Numbered from the stretch's first letter, positions 20,438 to 31,323 are shown. The stretch is DNA of 64,000 nucleotides from Candidatus Thorarchaeota archaeon (GCA_019057475.1 DXJO01000014.1:1-64000), one strand, 5' to 3'. Notes: generated by a model not told the origin, from the sequence alone. Made by a program: numbers and translations.

Positions 20438-22129
20438 CTACGCATCAGGACTCGACAGACTTCTAATTCCTGAGATGACAAAGATGCTACCCAGGCTAAG
20501 TAAAACAGCTGGTCCAATGAATGCGCAGAGTATCTGGAAATAATAGGGTTCAATCGCGACCTCCACCACTGCGTCCAAGCCAGTGATCTTCAAGAATATG
20601 AAGAGCAGTATTGAGCTCATCATGGCGAACATCGGGACCATCATCGCGGTCATCATGTTGGCTTGATGAGCTGGCGACTTTGTGTCTTCGTAGTCCGGAT
20701 TGCGGGCAGTGACTCCAATCGCTACCATGGACGAACCGATGACAACTATGAATCCAAATCCCAAAAGCAGCAACGCATCCACCGTACCAAGGCCAAGGAC
20801 GAAGGTCATTCCAACAACCACAATCAATGTCAGAAACACATCAGCGAATGCAGCCATCGCAAGTCGGGACTTGATGAACCTTGACGCGCCCTGAGGGGCA
20901 CTCTGGATGATCCATAACTGATCCTTACTCTCAAGAAATCCGGTCCCGACAAACGGAAAGGCGCCCACCATGGCAAACATCATTCCAAACGCGGAGATTA
21001 TGTCTATCAGATTCATCTCGGACCCAAAGTCCGCGAAGAACGTCATCATGATTGGAAGTACAATAGCCAGAATGACTCCATAGAACATCTTAGAGAGGTT
21101 CTGTGCCTTTCTAAAGTAGTCCTTCATGTTGACGACTAGCAGGGCGCCGAATGAATTGCCACTGAGCTTCCTCAAACCTCGAAGAATAAAGTTCTCTCTG
21201 CCAACTGTTGTGATTCGCTCCGTTCGAGCTCCTGCGGTGATTGTGAACACCCTGCCTGTAGCCCCGAGTGTCAGACCTAGAACACTGACACTGAAAGCGC
21301 CCACCAACAAAGCACTGACTAGCAGATCGAGTTGAAGTATAGTGCTGAAGAACGCTACTTCAGGTTCAGTAAGGCTAATTCCGTTGAATGTGATGGCAAT
21401 CCAGCTTACGACATCAGCACTCCATGTGAAAGGCAGAAGAAGAAAGATATCCGTGCCTAGAATCTCAGTCATGATTGGCGCAGCGAACATCAGTCCGTAC
21501 ATTGGTAAAATGGCAGCAAATGCAATCACAAATGACAGCGCCTTGGCAATGTCGTTCCCTCTTGAAGAGGCCCCAAGCTTTGACATAACCGCTGCTGTAG
21601 CGAAGTTTGAGATCCATAGAACTGTGAGCACGGTCAATATGAGTACGGTGTATATGAGAGCCACTCCAATGAGTGAAACCTCAAAGGCCAGTATGAATGG
21701 GGTAATTATTAGAGGTGCCAAGAAGAGGGTCACTAGGCCGTAGAGTGGCAATCCACCGAGGAAGCTACCCGTCAGGATATCTCTTGTCTTCACGTTGTTG
21801 GAGAGGAATATCTCCCAATGTCCAATCTTAATCTCCTCAAGTGCCTTGGTCATAGGGAACAGCAGGAGCATAATCCACAACACCATCATTGCTGAACGCA
21901 TCAATCCTGGAAACATGATCATTAGCAGTGCGCGAATATCGCTCATGGGCATGATTGCATTGAGGGCCCCACCAATGAGGAATGGAGCACCGTAGACCGC
22001 CCACAGAATTCCCAGAGCACAGAAAGCCCCGGAGTACAATCGCCTGTGGTTCCTCATGCCTGCCGTGAGGACGTAGAAATCGGCCGTGGCAATATGAAAC
22101 CATTTTTTCACCATAGGATTTACCTCCAA
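20438..22129 (-). CDS. Polytopic membrane protein, putative ABC exporter permease
   Basis: Many TM segments; directly follows the ABC ATPase. Confidence 0.75.
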   Translation of the reverse strand: MEVNPMVKKWFHIATADFYVLTAGMRNHRRLYSGAFCALGILWAVYGAPFLIGGALNAIMPMSDIRALLMIMFPGLMRSAMMVLWIMLLLFPMTKALEEIKIGHWEIFLSNNVKTRDILTGSFLGGLPLYGLVTLFLAPLIITPFILAFEVSLIGVALIYTVLILTVLTVLWISNFATAAVMSKLGASSRGNDIAKALSFVIAFAAILPMYGLMFAAPIMTEILGTDIFLLLPFTWSADVVSWIAITFNGISLTEPEVAFFSTILQLDLLVSALLVGAFSVSVLGLTLGATGRVFTITAGARTERITTVGRENFILRGLRKLSGNSFGALLVVNMKDYFRKAQNLSKMFYGVILAIVLPIMMTFFADFGSEMNLIDIISAFGMMFAMVGAFPFVGTGFLESKDQLWIIQSAPQGASRFIKSRLAMAAFADVFLTLIVVVGMTFVLGLGTVDALLLLGFGFIVVIGSSMVAIGVTARNPDYEDTKSPAHQANMMTAMMVPMFAMMSSILLFIFLKITGLDAVVEVAIEPYYFQILCAFIGPAVLLSLGSIFVISGIRSLSSPDA

Positions 22130-22899
22130 GCAAGTAGAGCCTTGCGATCTACACGGCCACCGACAATGTCCAAGTAGGCATGTTCAAGGTCAGACGTGCC
22201 TGCCGAGTCGATAATACTCTCTGGCGAACCAAGCGTAACAAGTTCGCCCTCGTTCAGTATCCCAATCACGTCGCAGACATCCTCTGCGAAGTTTGTCATG
22301 TGAGTGCAGATGAAGAAGCTCGTTTCGGTTTCCTCAGCGAGGACAAGTATGAGTTCTTTCACAATGGCACTTGCCGCAGGGTCGAGGCGTGAGGTGGGCT
22401 CGTCTAGAAACACCAGCTTGGGCTCGTGCAGAAGAGTGGAAGCCATAAGCACCTTCTGTTTCATTCCTGAAGAGTACGATTCCAGGAGATCGTCTTGGCG
22501 ACCCTCAAGTCCGAGCATAGACAGCAGACTGTCAATGCAGCGATTCAACAATTCGCCATTGCGTCCATTGAGTGCGCCAACGAACTCGAGAAACTCCACA
22601 GCTGAGAGCTTGGAATAGAGTCCTGGCGACTCAGGAAGTAGACCTGTGATTGCCTTGATCTCCTCACGCTGAGTGTCAATACTATAGCCGCAGACCTCAG
22701 CCGTTCCGCTCGTTTGTTTCAGAAGACCCGAGAGTATGCGGACAGTGGTCGTCTTCCCTGCCCCGTTGGGACCGAGAAAGCCGAATCTGCCGCCTGTAGC
22801 GATCTCTAAATCCAGATTCCTAACAGCTTGCACTGTGTCGAAGTTCTTGCACAGCGCTTCTGTTTTGATGCTAATTCCGTTTCGTGCCATCGCAGTCAC
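22120..22899 (-). CDS. ABC transporter ATP-binding protein
   Basis: GPNGAGKTT, YSSGM, FLDEP, TH. Confidence 0.95.
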   Translation of the reverse strand: MTAMARNGISIKTEALCKNFDTVQAVRNLDLEIATGGRFGFLGPNGAGKTTTVRILSGLLKQTSGTAEVCGYSIDTQREEIKAITGLLPESPGLYSKLSAVEFLEFVGALNGRNGELLNRCIDSLLSMLGLEGRQDDLLESYSSGMKQKVLMASTLLHEPKLVFLDEPTSRLDPAASAIVKELILVLAEETETSFFICTHMTNFAEDVCDVIGILNEGELVTLGSPESIIDSAGTSDLEHAYLDIVGGRVDRKALLAWR

Positions 22900-23028
22900 C
22901 TAGTTAAATCTTTACCAGATTCTTATACATTGTTCAACACACTTATATATATACTTTACCTACTAAGCATGAAAGAAATACCAAGAAGCCTATTTAAGGC
23001 GGACTGGTAAAGAAAACGAGGACCGAAA

Positions 23029-23586
23029 ATGGAACTACTGTCACCCCATGAAGCGATTGTCTGGTGGGAATTTCAGCACGCAAAGTCTACAAGTGACGTT
23101 GCGAGCGAGTATGAGAGAAGCAGCAGTGTCCCGCAGTACGTATTGAATCTTCTAGGAGAAACCGATCCACAGGTTGTGTTCAAGGATGCGGGATATGTAT
23201 CAAGAGTTCTCAACCGTGCAAGAAAGAAGATTGCGAAGGCATTGACAGAACATGCCACGAGTCATCGCTTGGACATTGAGACCCTCTTGGACTACAAAGG
23301 ATTGCTCATCGGTTTTGACTATCAAGCCAATGCTCAAGTGTACATTGTCTTCACCATGGATCTCGGAGTCATAGTCTGGTATGCTCACGACTCTTACGCA
23401 GGTAAGCTTTGTCCAGAGTGTCCCAAGGTAGAAGAATGTAGAGATACTTTGGATACAATCATGGAAGAGTATGACATCAAGCTGAGACCGGACGAAGTGC
23501 AACTGCACATGACTAGGCAGTCCATTGCAATCTTCAACAAGCTCGCGGCCAAAGAAGTTCCTCGTTATAAGAGAAAGGAAAAGTGA
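23029..23586 (+). CDS. Hypothetical protein (possible HTH + CxxC regulator) heading the bPH_2 operon
   Basis: GYVSRVLNRARKKI helix; CPECP..C. Confidence 0.6.
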   Translation: MELLSPHEAIVWWEFQHAKSTSDVASEYERSSSVPQYVLNLLGETDPQVVFKDAGYVSRVLNRARKKIAKALTEHATSHRLDIETLLDYKGLLIGFDYQANAQVYIVFTMDLGVIVWYAHDSYAGKLCPECPKVEECRDTLDTIMEEYDIKLRPDEVQLHMTRQSIAIFNKLAAKEVPRYKRKEK

Positions 23587-24329
23587 TGAGAATGGAAAAT
23601 AAAGGAAAAGTGATCAAGCCACCAATTGAGAGCGTAGTTAGCGGGAAGATATTTAGACCGTCAACCGCATTTAGAAATAAGCTGTGGGTCGAGGGGGTTT
23701 TGACTGCCACAATGATATGGGCAATAGCTGTTGGGATCTGGTTGGGCATTGCATACCTTATGTCGCTTGATGAAAGTTGGTCATTCTGGACCTACGTTGA
23801 GATATGGTGGATGCCCGTGAACTCCCGGGTTGGAGTCATCTACACCTTCTGGGTTGTGTTTACCCTGATTGTGGTGCCGATGTACATCAATCGCATTGAG
23901 TACTCTGTGATTGCTGAGTCAGGAAAGACCATGCCAGAAATCTATGTGAAGAAAGGCATTATCAAAATAACCAGGAAGCACGTCCCCTTCAGGACCATCA
24001 CTAACATCTCCAGTACATCAGGGCCCTTCGACCGCCTTTTTGGGATAGGCAACGTGCTAATCGAAACTGCAGGATTTTCAGGCGGCATGATGGGGCCTGA
24101 AGAGAAGATTGAAGGTGTCAGATTCTACGAGGAAGTAAGGGACTTCATCCTCAACGAGCTACGCAAGTTCAGAGACCCCTACGTCACTGGCACCGAGGTA
24201 GTACTCCCGCGAGAGGAGCCTGTACCAAGGATGGATAACAGTCTTGATGATGAGATGTTGATAACTCTCCGGGAAATAAGAGATGTAATGAAGAAACTTG
24301 AGAGCAAGCTAGGCGAGGGGGATCAGTAA
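23583..24329 (+). CDS. Membrane protein with bacterial PH (bPH_2/YdbS-like) domain, paralog 1
   Basis: VKKGII...VPFRTITNI...GPFDRLFGIG.V.IETAG. Confidence 0.85.
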   Translation: MMRMENKGKVIKPPIESVVSGKIFRPSTAFRNKLWVEGVLTATMIWAIAVGIWLGIAYLMSLDESWSFWTYVEIWWMPVNSRVGVIYTFWVVFTLIVVPMYINRIEYSVIAESGKTMPEIYVKKGIIKITRKHVPFRTITNISSTSGPFDRLFGIGNVLIETAGFSGGMMGPEEKIEGVRFYEEVRDFILNELRKFRDPYVTGTEVVLPREEPVPRMDNSLDDEMLITLREIRDVMKKLESKLGEGDQ

Positions 24330-24330
24330 A

Positions 24331-25044
24331 ATGGGAACAGAAAGTAAGGTAATCAAACCACCAATTGAGTCGATGATGAGCGGACGTAAGTTTCGCCCAA
24401 GTATACGATTCCGTAACAAGATGTGGTTGCAAGGAATAATCATAGTTGTAGTAATTTGGCTCACGTTGATTGTGGGGACAATAGGACTTGCCGGCATGGT
24501 TGTTGGTCCTTCCGGGCAGCAGGCATTTATGGACCTATGGTGGATTCCGCTCAATCTGTGGTACTGGGGAATAGCGTTGGCAATCCTCATCCCAGGAATG
24601 ATCTATTATCATATCTACATCAACTCGATCGAATACTCAGTGCTAGGTGAAACAGGAGAGGCAAGCCCTGAGATATATGTCAAGAAAGGAATCCTGAACA
24701 TAACAAGGAAACACGTCCCTTTCAGAACTATCACCAATATCTCCAGCAGGGCTGGGCTGTTCGACAGGTGGTTTGGAATCGGGAGTGTTGAGATAGAAAC
24801 TGCAGGACACTCTGGGCAGACGTTTACAGGGCCAGAAGAGAAGCTCGAAGGAATCACGTTCTACGAGGAACTCAGGGATTTCGTCTTGATGGAGCTGCGT
24901 AAGTTCACAACCCCCTATGTAACTGGTACAGAGGTTGTTTTCCCAGTGGATGAAACAGCTCCGAGGGGGGAAGGCACTCTTGAGGATGAGATACTGTTGG
25001 TCCTAAGGGAGATACGCGATCTCCTCAGGAACCAGAGAAATTGA
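24331..25044 (+). CDS. bPH_2 membrane protein, paralog 2
   Basis: Same motifs as paralog 1. Confidence 0.85.
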   Translation: MGTESKVIKPPIESMMSGRKFRPSIRFRNKMWLQGIIIVVVIWLTLIVGTIGLAGMVVGPSGQQAFMDLWWIPLNLWYWGIALAILIPGMIYYHIYINSIEYSVLGETGEASPEIYVKKGILNITRKHVPFRTITNISSRAGLFDRWFGIGSVEIETAGHSGQTFTGPEEKLEGITFYEELRDFVLMELRKFTTPYVTGTEVVFPVDETAPRGEGTLEDEILLVLREIRDLLRNQRN

Positions 25045-25057
25045 GCGTCAAGGAGAA

Positions 25058-25840
25058 TTGAAGATGGGCTCGTCTGATGGAAGAGTTATCAAACCTCCTG
25101 TCGAGAGCGTGGTGAGTGGTAGAGTTTTCAAACCCGCTCCCGCCTTTCGCTACAAGAAGGGGCTCAAATTCGTTCTCCTTGCCCTCACACTATGGGTTGT
25201 ATTCCATCTGATGTTCTTTGCTAATCCTTGGATTTCATGGTTCCTGCGTGAGGGACTACGCATGGAGTACGGCCTTGAAATATGGTTCCTAGAGGATACC
25301 TGGGTGACGGGTAGCCAATGGTATTGGATACTCACCATGATCTGGTTGATTCCTGCACTCATATGGACCCATCTCTACGTCAGAAGCATTGAGTACTCGC
25401 TAGTTGCATACTCGGGAGAAACTATGCCTGAAATATTCGAGAAGAAAGGCATCATCACAATCGTTCGCAAACACATTCCATTCCGTTCAATTACGAATAT
25501 CTCGACTCGAGTTGGACCCTTGGACAGACTATTTGGCATAGGCGTTGTACGTATTGAAACAGCGGGACAGTCAGACGGAGCGCAGCATCCGGGTTTAGCC
25601 GCGGGGCTCATCCATAAGCTAACCAAGGGCTCGGGAGATCAACGTATTGAGGGAATTACGTTCTACGAGGAGGCAAGGGACTTCATTCTCAAGGAGTTAC
25701 GCAGGTTCAAGGGTTCACCCTTAGCTGTATCGCCTGAAAGGCGGCTCCGAAAGAAGAGTACGTTCTTCCGAGAGAGCACTCTGGTGGCTGTTCGGGAGAT
25801 AAGGGACGTATTGGTGGCAAAGAGGACCCAAGAACAATAA
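25058..25840 (+). CDS. bPH_2 membrane protein, paralog 3
   Basis: Same motifs as paralog 1. Confidence 0.85.
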   Translation: MKMGSSDGRVIKPPVESVVSGRVFKPAPAFRYKKGLKFVLLALTLWVVFHLMFFANPWISWFLREGLRMEYGLEIWFLEDTWVTGSQWYWILTMIWLIPALIWTHLYVRSIEYSLVAYSGETMPEIFEKKGIITIVRKHIPFRSITNISTRVGPLDRLFGIGVVRIETAGQSDGAQHPGLAAGLIHKLTKGSGDQRIEGITFYEEARDFILKELRRFKGSPLAVSPERRLRKKSTFFRESTLVAVREIRDVLVAKRTQEQ

Positions 25841-25895
25841 GACCTGAAACTGGATGCATATTCGCACCACATGAGATAGATTTGCCACTTATGCA

Positions 25896-26426
25896 ATGTC
25901 AGGAGAACAACAGACAGTGGCGGATTACGAATTGAAGGACGGCAGCAGAACCCGCATTGAACCATACGAAAATCGTCATGCGGAGTCGATTGCCAATGAT
26001 CTCTTCGGTGGGATGTCGGCAGAGGAAGTAAGGCAAGGAAGAGATGGTCTTATCGCTCCGGGCCCGGACGAAGTTCTCAGTGTCTGCGCGCTTAGTGAAT
26101 CCAAGGTTGTTGGAGTGTGTACGGGAGTCAGAAAGAGATGGATGGGTGAGAGGCATAGGATAGAGATGGTGCAAGTGGTGGTGGCAGAGGATTTCCAACG
26201 CATTGGCATTGCACGATTCATGCTGAAAGCGATTGCAATGCATTTTGTTGAGAGGGGCGTTGAGATGGTCCAAGTCAGTACAGAAGGAAGCAACGAGAAA
26301 GCCATTGCATCGTATGAGAGAATAGGTTTCATGGAGTTCGGAGTCTTGAAACGTGGCTTAAAACACGGAAATCGGTATGCGGACGAGGTCATGATGTGGA
26401 TGAAGATTGAGGACCTGTTAGGTTGA
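25896..26426 (+). CDS. GNAT acetyltransferase
   Basis: V..DFQRIGIA, N..AIASYERIGF. Confidence 0.88.
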   Translation: MSGEQQTVADYELKDGSRTRIEPYENRHAESIANDLFGGMSAEEVRQGRDGLIAPGPDEVLSVCALSESKVVGVCTGVRKRWMGERHRIEMVQVVVAEDFQRIGIARFMLKAIAMHFVERGVEMVQVSTEGSNEKAIASYERIGFMEFGVLKRGLKHGNRYADEVMMWMKIEDLLG

Positions 26427-26439
26427 AGGTTGTCCTAAG

Positions 26440-27297
26440 TCAGAGGGAGAAGCCTGTTCCCTTCAAGATTCTACTGAAATTGCTAAGACTATTCTGAGCG
26501 GATTCTCTGGGTCGAACTTCGAACACATATTGAGCCGGACTATGTAATCCGGCCAGCAGTCGCAGGCTTGGCTCGAAGTCTATTGAACCAGTTCCGACGA
26601 CTTGATGGGATCCGTGCTTCTTGGACCAATCGTGGACATGAACAACTTCAATGACATTCTTATGTTCTTGAAAGATAGCCCAGTCCTCAGACTTGATCCC
26701 AAGGTCGGGTCCATAGAGCTTTGGAATATCAAGACAGAGTCTGAGACCTGCCGAAAGCAGAGTCCTAATCGCCTCACGAACCATATGATTCCAGGCATGG
26801 TTCTCAAGAGCTATGTGAACGTCTGGCCGCCCATATTCAATCAACTCTGAGAGATTCTCACATAGTGTTTGAAGGTATAGTTCATGATTGCTCTTCAGGA
26901 AAGCATCTTTCTCCCCGCCTGCTGTCCCAAAGCTAGGAGGCAATCCTGCATGCACAACCAGATTCGTCACAGAGTCGCTAACGTCGCGAGCGAAATCAAT
27001 TATCTGTTTCATGTACTCAATGATTGCTAATCGCACAGGAGGGTAAGTTGTGGTTAGACTGAGATCATCGCCTGGAGCGTGGAAACCCCACTCTAAGGAG
27101 AGAGTACTGGACATCTCCATAAGCTCCGCCCGCATCTTCGGTAGAAACCTCTCAGGGGAGAATCGTGGTACTCCGAGATCGGGCGCGATTCCGGTCCAAC
27201 TGTTGCTTGAAGCATATTGAAGAGCGTCTATCAGTGATGTGTCATATATGACATGATAGGCTCGACGAGCAGGGAGATGCATATCTTTCACTAGCAC
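26440..27297 (-). CDS. Sugar phosphate isomerase/epimerase (AP endonuclease 2) TIM barrel
   Basis: FHAP, VVHAG, ALEN, CLD, VHVHD, FE. Confidence 0.8.
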   Translation of the reverse strand: MLVKDMHLPARRAYHVIYDTSLIDALQYASSNSWTGIAPDLGVPRFSPERFLPKMRAELMEMSSTLSLEWGFHAPGDDLSLTTTYPPVRLAIIEYMKQIIDFARDVSDSVTNLVVHAGLPPSFGTAGGEKDAFLKSNHELYLQTLCENLSELIEYGRPDVHIALENHAWNHMVREAIRTLLSAGLRLCLDIPKLYGPDLGIKSEDWAIFQEHKNVIEVVHVHDWSKKHGSHQVVGTGSIDFEPSLRLLAGLHSPAQYVFEVRPRESAQNSLSNFSRILKGTGFSL

Positions 27298-27320
27298 AAC
27301 TCAAACTTATGAGCTTGACC

Positions 27321-27854
27321 TCACGCATTCGTTGGCTCCTCTACCCACCATGGCTTTTCCTCGGGCATCTCTGCCCATATTTCAGGAGGTTCAGGAGGGG
27401 GTTTTAGCCTGATAATGAAGATACCAACTATCAGGAGAATGAGTGTGGGTCCCGCCAACCCCATTGGACTATACGGATTCAAGAACCACATAATTTGGTA
27501 TAGTATGAAGAGCATTACGAAGGGAAGCTCACTCACGATGCCAAGTGTCAATGTGCGCTTCTTGGTTGTTCGTCCACTGTAGAGTCGGAACATCTGATAA
27601 GCGTAGGCTAATCGGAGTGCACCAAAGGGCATCATTATAGCGAGGGTGAAGATATTTAATATTTCCAGATATGTTTGGTAAGGTGATGAAATGAAGCCCC
27701 AGAGGACTGCAGTCACAGAAAGATGCAGCCCATCGTAGACGGCGATACTAAATGCAAGTGGTGCAAGGAGAGCTACAAGAGCCATCACGATCCCAACGAC
27801 TATGGGATTGACCGGTTTATCATTGATAGCAGGAGTTTCTGGTTCCTTAGACAT
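27321..27854 (-). CDS. Hypothetical membrane protein (tandem copy 1)
   Basis: TM helices; proline-rich PPPEPPEIW..KPWW tail. Confidence 0.75.
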   Translation of the reverse strand: MSKEPETPAINDKPVNPIVVGIVMALVALLAPLAFSIAVYDGLHLSVTAVLWGFISSPYQTYLEILNIFTLAIMMPFGALRLAYAYQMFRLYSGRTTKKRTLTLGIVSELPFVMLFILYQIMWFLNPYSPMGLAGPTLILLIVGIFIIRLKPPPEPPEIWAEMPEEKPWWVEEPTNA

Positions 27855-27938
27855 GCTGAAATCTCCCCGATGATTTCACGCGCTCATCTGTTCAGAGGGG
27901 TCGTCACCTTAAGTTCCTTTGCTCCAAGCAATGTGAAA

Positions 27939-28430
27939 TCATGCATTCGTTGACTCCTCCGTCCACCATGACTTTTCCTCGGACATCTCCTCCCATATTT
28001 CAGGAGATTCAGGAGGGGGTCTCAATCTGACAATGAGGATGCTGACTATCAGGAGGATGAGTGAGGGGGCCCCCAATGATACTGGACCATATGGATTCAG
28101 AAGCCATATGATGATGTATGGTATGAAGAGAAACGCGAAGGGAAGCTCACTCACGATGCCAAGTGTCAATGTGCGCTTCTTGGTTGTCCGCCCCTTGTAG
28201 AGTCGGACCATCTGATAGGCGTAGGCTAATCGGATGAAACCAAAAGGCATCGACATACCGAGGGTGAAGATATCCACTAGTACCAGTTGTGTGTAGTAGG
28301 ATGATGACGTGAAGCTCCAGAGAATTGCAATCAAAGAAAGATACAGTCCATCGTAGCTGGAGAGAAAAAAGGCAATTGGTGCAAGGAGAGCCACAAGAGT
28401 CATCACAATCCCAACAATCGTGATTGGGGT
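27939..28430 (-). pseudogene. Tandem paralog of 27321-27854 with doubtful or missing 5' end
   Basis: High similarity to copy 1 ends at ~28430, against the divergent CPBP gene; the ORF extension to 28514 overlaps that gene. Confidence 0.55.
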
Positions 28431-28438
28431 TGGTAAGA

Positions 28439-29287
28439 ATGACAACAACTGATACGTTTGAAATTCGCAACTTGATTCTGTTTTATGCAGTAGCGTTTGG
28501 TTTTTCATGGGCATTCTGGATACCGGAGGCTCTATTCTTTGCGGGCATTTTACCGGCTTCGTCTTTCACAGACTTCCTGACAAGCCCTGATAATCCAGCC
28601 GCTTGGGGCCCCATGGTGGCAGCTTTACTTCTGACCTACAAGAAGGGAGGCTTGAGTGGAGTCCGCAATCTTCTCGCAAGGGGCGTGGATCGGAGATTCA
28701 AGCCAATTTGGTACGCAGTAATTTTCTTGGTGATGCCACTAATCACCTTCATCTCCCTCCTTGCGGCAATGGGCCTTGAGGGTTATGTCCCAGTGTTTGA
28801 ATGGATAGAGTTCCCTATCGCATTGATTATCGCTTTCATCTATATCCTCCTCCTTGGAGGCCCACTACAGGAAGAGTTTGGGTGGAGAGGGTATGCTCTT
28901 GATCGCTTCCAGGCACGCTTCGACGCACTGACTTCGAGCCTAATAGTGGGGCTGATGTGGGGTCTATGGCACCTGCCACTCTTCTTCATGCCTACGCACA
29001 CGGTGTACTACAACAGACCAATCTGGGGACTTGTGATTTCTACAATCTTCTTGGCCGTACTATTTACATGGGTCTACAACAATACGAATGGTAGCATCCT
29101 GGCCGCTCTACTCTTCCACACCGTATTCAACTGGTCACATTATGTATTCCCAGTGCTCCAAACCGATTTGGGTGCAACCGCATTCCTAGTGCTGCAATTC
29201 GTGGCGGTGGTGGTTGTGGTCCTCTTCTGGGGCTACAAGCGATTAGTTCGCGAGAAAACGCCTGATACGGGAGGGGCTGTGGAATAG
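28439..29287 (+). CDS. CPBP (CAAX/Abi) intramembrane metalloprotease
   Basis: EEFGWRG, WGLWH, H..FN. Confidence 0.92.
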   Translation: MTTTDTFEIRNLILFYAVAFGFSWAFWIPEALFFAGILPASSFTDFLTSPDNPAAWGPMVAALLLTYKKGGLSGVRNLLARGVDRRFKPIWYAVIFLVMPLITFISLLAAMGLEGYVPVFEWIEFPIALIIAFIYILLLGGPLQEEFGWRGYALDRFQARFDALTSSLIVGLMWGLWHLPLFFMPTHTVYYNRPIWGLVISTIFLAVLFTWVYNNTNGSILAALLFHTVFNWSHYVFPVLQTDLGATAFLVLQFVAVVVVVLFWGYKRLVREKTPDTGGAVE

Positions 29288-29336
29288 CAAGCCCAAGGGG
29301 CAGATTGCTTCCCTGCACGTTGGATTCCGATCCATC

Positions 29337-29777
29337 TCAGATTGCAGAATGCAAATCCTGAGCGGCTTCCCTATTCGCGTCCGCCAGTAGTTCGAGGGCG
29401 TAAGCAGCCTCGCTCAAGAAGTCAATCTTGGCCGCAGCATGCATGTAGAACTCGTGAAGCTTTGTTTCTATCGCAGCTGCAGTTTCGCGAACAACCCCAT
29501 CATCAGCGCCCTCGGGAAAAACAATCACTGGCTTGTGGACTTCAGAGTCCAACCCAGCGATTGGCTCAAGAATCATCTCTGTGACGTTCTCTCTGCGTAC
29601 GCGTAACAGTGTCTTGATTCGCTTTTGGCCTCGATGAAACAGGTTTTCAAGCAGTTTCCCAAGACCTGGGTCCGTTACTGCACCAATGGCTGATTCATAG
29701 AAGCTGCTAACTTCAGCCTCAATGTCCAATGCAAACTTCACTACTGCCCCAAAGGTTGTAAGTTCCACATGTATCAC
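29337..29777 (-). CDS. Ferritin/rubrerythrin-like protein
   Basis: FALDIE...FYE and AIE..LHEFY helix pairs. Confidence 0.65.
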   Translation of the reverse strand: MIHVELTTFGAVVKFALDIEAEVSSFYESAIGAVTDPGLGKLLENLFHRGQKRIKTLLRVRRENVTEMILEPIAGLDSEVHKPVIVFPEGADDGVVRETAAAIETKLHEFYMHAAAKIDFLSEAAYALELLADANREAAQDLHSAI

Positions 29778-29790
29778 CCAGAGTCATGCA

Positions 29791-31254
29791 CTAAAACCAT
29801 CGAGTAATGACTACCTTATTCTCTGTAAAGAAGCTCACCGCATCTTGGCCTTGTCCGTGTAGGTCACCCAAGAACGAATCCTTCATCCCAGAGAAGGGAA
29901 ATGTAGCAATTGGCGCAGCAACTCCGATGTTAATACCAATGTTTCCAGCCTTAACGCGATACTGGTAGTTTCTGGCAGTTTTCCCGCTGGTCGTAAACAC
30001 AGACGATGCGTTTCCATATCGATTGGCATGAATAACGTCTATGGCCTCATCGAGGTCTTTCACATGAACAATTGACATGACCGGTCCAAAGATCTCCTCT
30101 CGTGCGATGGTCATCTTGGGTTTCACATCGCTAAAGATGGTTGGACCAATGAAGAACCCTTTCTCGTATCCAGGAATTTGAATACCCCGACCATCCATCA
30201 GAAGCTCTGCACCTTCTTTAACTCCTTTGTCAATGAAACCTAGAACTCGGTCCATTCCACTCTTTGAAGCCATCGGGCCCATCTGAACCCCCTCTTCCAG
30301 CCCATTGCCTACGATTATGTTCTTGGCTCCTTCAACAACCGCTTTCTTCAAAGGCTCGTAAATTTCACCAACTGCTAATAGGACTGCACCACTAAGACAG
30401 CGCTGGCCAGCACAACCGAAGAACGAAGTCATGATTGCGGGCACGGTGCGCTCCAAATTGGCATCCGGCATTACAGTAAGGAAGTTCTTTGCACCTCCTT
30501 GAACCTGAGCCCGCTTCCCCTGCTCTCCAGCCTTCTTATACAAGAGCTTGCCAACACGAGTTGAACCTACAAATGACATGCCTACTGTATCGGGACTCTC
30601 AAGAAGGGCGTTTACTGCTTCAAGGCCGCCATGGACCATGTTCATGACGCCTCTTGGAAGTCCTAGTTTATGAATAATCTCAAACTGTTTGACCTGGCTC
30701 AACGGAACTTGTGGCGAGGGTTTCACGATGTATGTGTTTCCACACCCGATTGCAAATGGCCAAAACCAAGTAGGCACCATAGCCGGAAAGTTGAACGGAG
30801 CAACGCAGAAGAAGACACCAAGAGGTTGTTTGATGACCATCTCATCAATACCGGAAGCAATGTCTTCGGTATTGTAGCCCATCTGAAGAGATGGAACGCT
30901 TGTGGCGCACTCTAGGTTCTCAATCGTACGACGGTACTCGCCACGTGATTCGTCAAGGGCTTTGCCCTGCTCCATGGTTAGTATCTTTGATAACTCTTCG
31001 AAATTCTCCTCGAAGGCATCCCTGATTCGATTAAGATGTCGGACACGGGTGAGTGCAGGCGTTGCTCGCCATCGATTGAAGGCAGCCTTTCCCGCCTCAA
31101 TTGCTTGCAGTGTTTCTTCCCTAGTGCTCATGGGAGTCTTTGCCAGGAGTTCACCTGTGGCGGGATTGATAACATCCTGTGTGTCCTTGGCTTTGGACTC
31201 TACCCAACGTCCATTGATGTAGTTCTTGACGACTTCTACGCCCAAAATGTTCAC
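29791..31254 (-). CDS. mmsA: CoA-acylating (methyl)malonate-semialdehyde dehydrogenase
   Basis: PFNFP, SFVGS, GAKN, AGQRC, EEIFGP. Confidence 0.92.
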   Translation of the reverse strand: MNILGVEVVKNYINGRWVESKAKDTQDVINPATGELLAKTPMSTREETLQAIEAGKAAFNRWRATPALTRVRHLNRIRDAFEENFEELSKILTMEQGKALDESRGEYRRTIENLECATSVPSLQMGYNTEDIASGIDEMVIKQPLGVFFCVAPFNFPAMVPTWFWPFAIGCGNTYIVKPSPQVPLSQVKQFEIIHKLGLPRGVMNMVHGGLEAVNALLESPDTVGMSFVGSTRVGKLLYKKAGEQGKRAQVQGGAKNFLTVMPDANLERTVPAIMTSFFGCAGQRCLSGAVLLAVGEIYEPLKKAVVEGAKNIIVGNGLEEGVQMGPMASKSGMDRVLGFIDKGVKEGAELLMDGRGIQIPGYEKGFFIGPTIFSDVKPKMTIAREEIFGPVMSIVHVKDLDEAIDVIHANRYGNASSVFTTSGKTARNYQYRVKAGNIGINIGVAAPIATFPFSGMKDSFLGDLHGQGQDAVSFFTENKVVITRWF

Positions 31255-31323
31255 GTCCAGGTCGGAACTGAATAGCGCGTTTGATTACTATTTGACTCTT
31301 CTGTTGCACACTCGAACTAGGGC

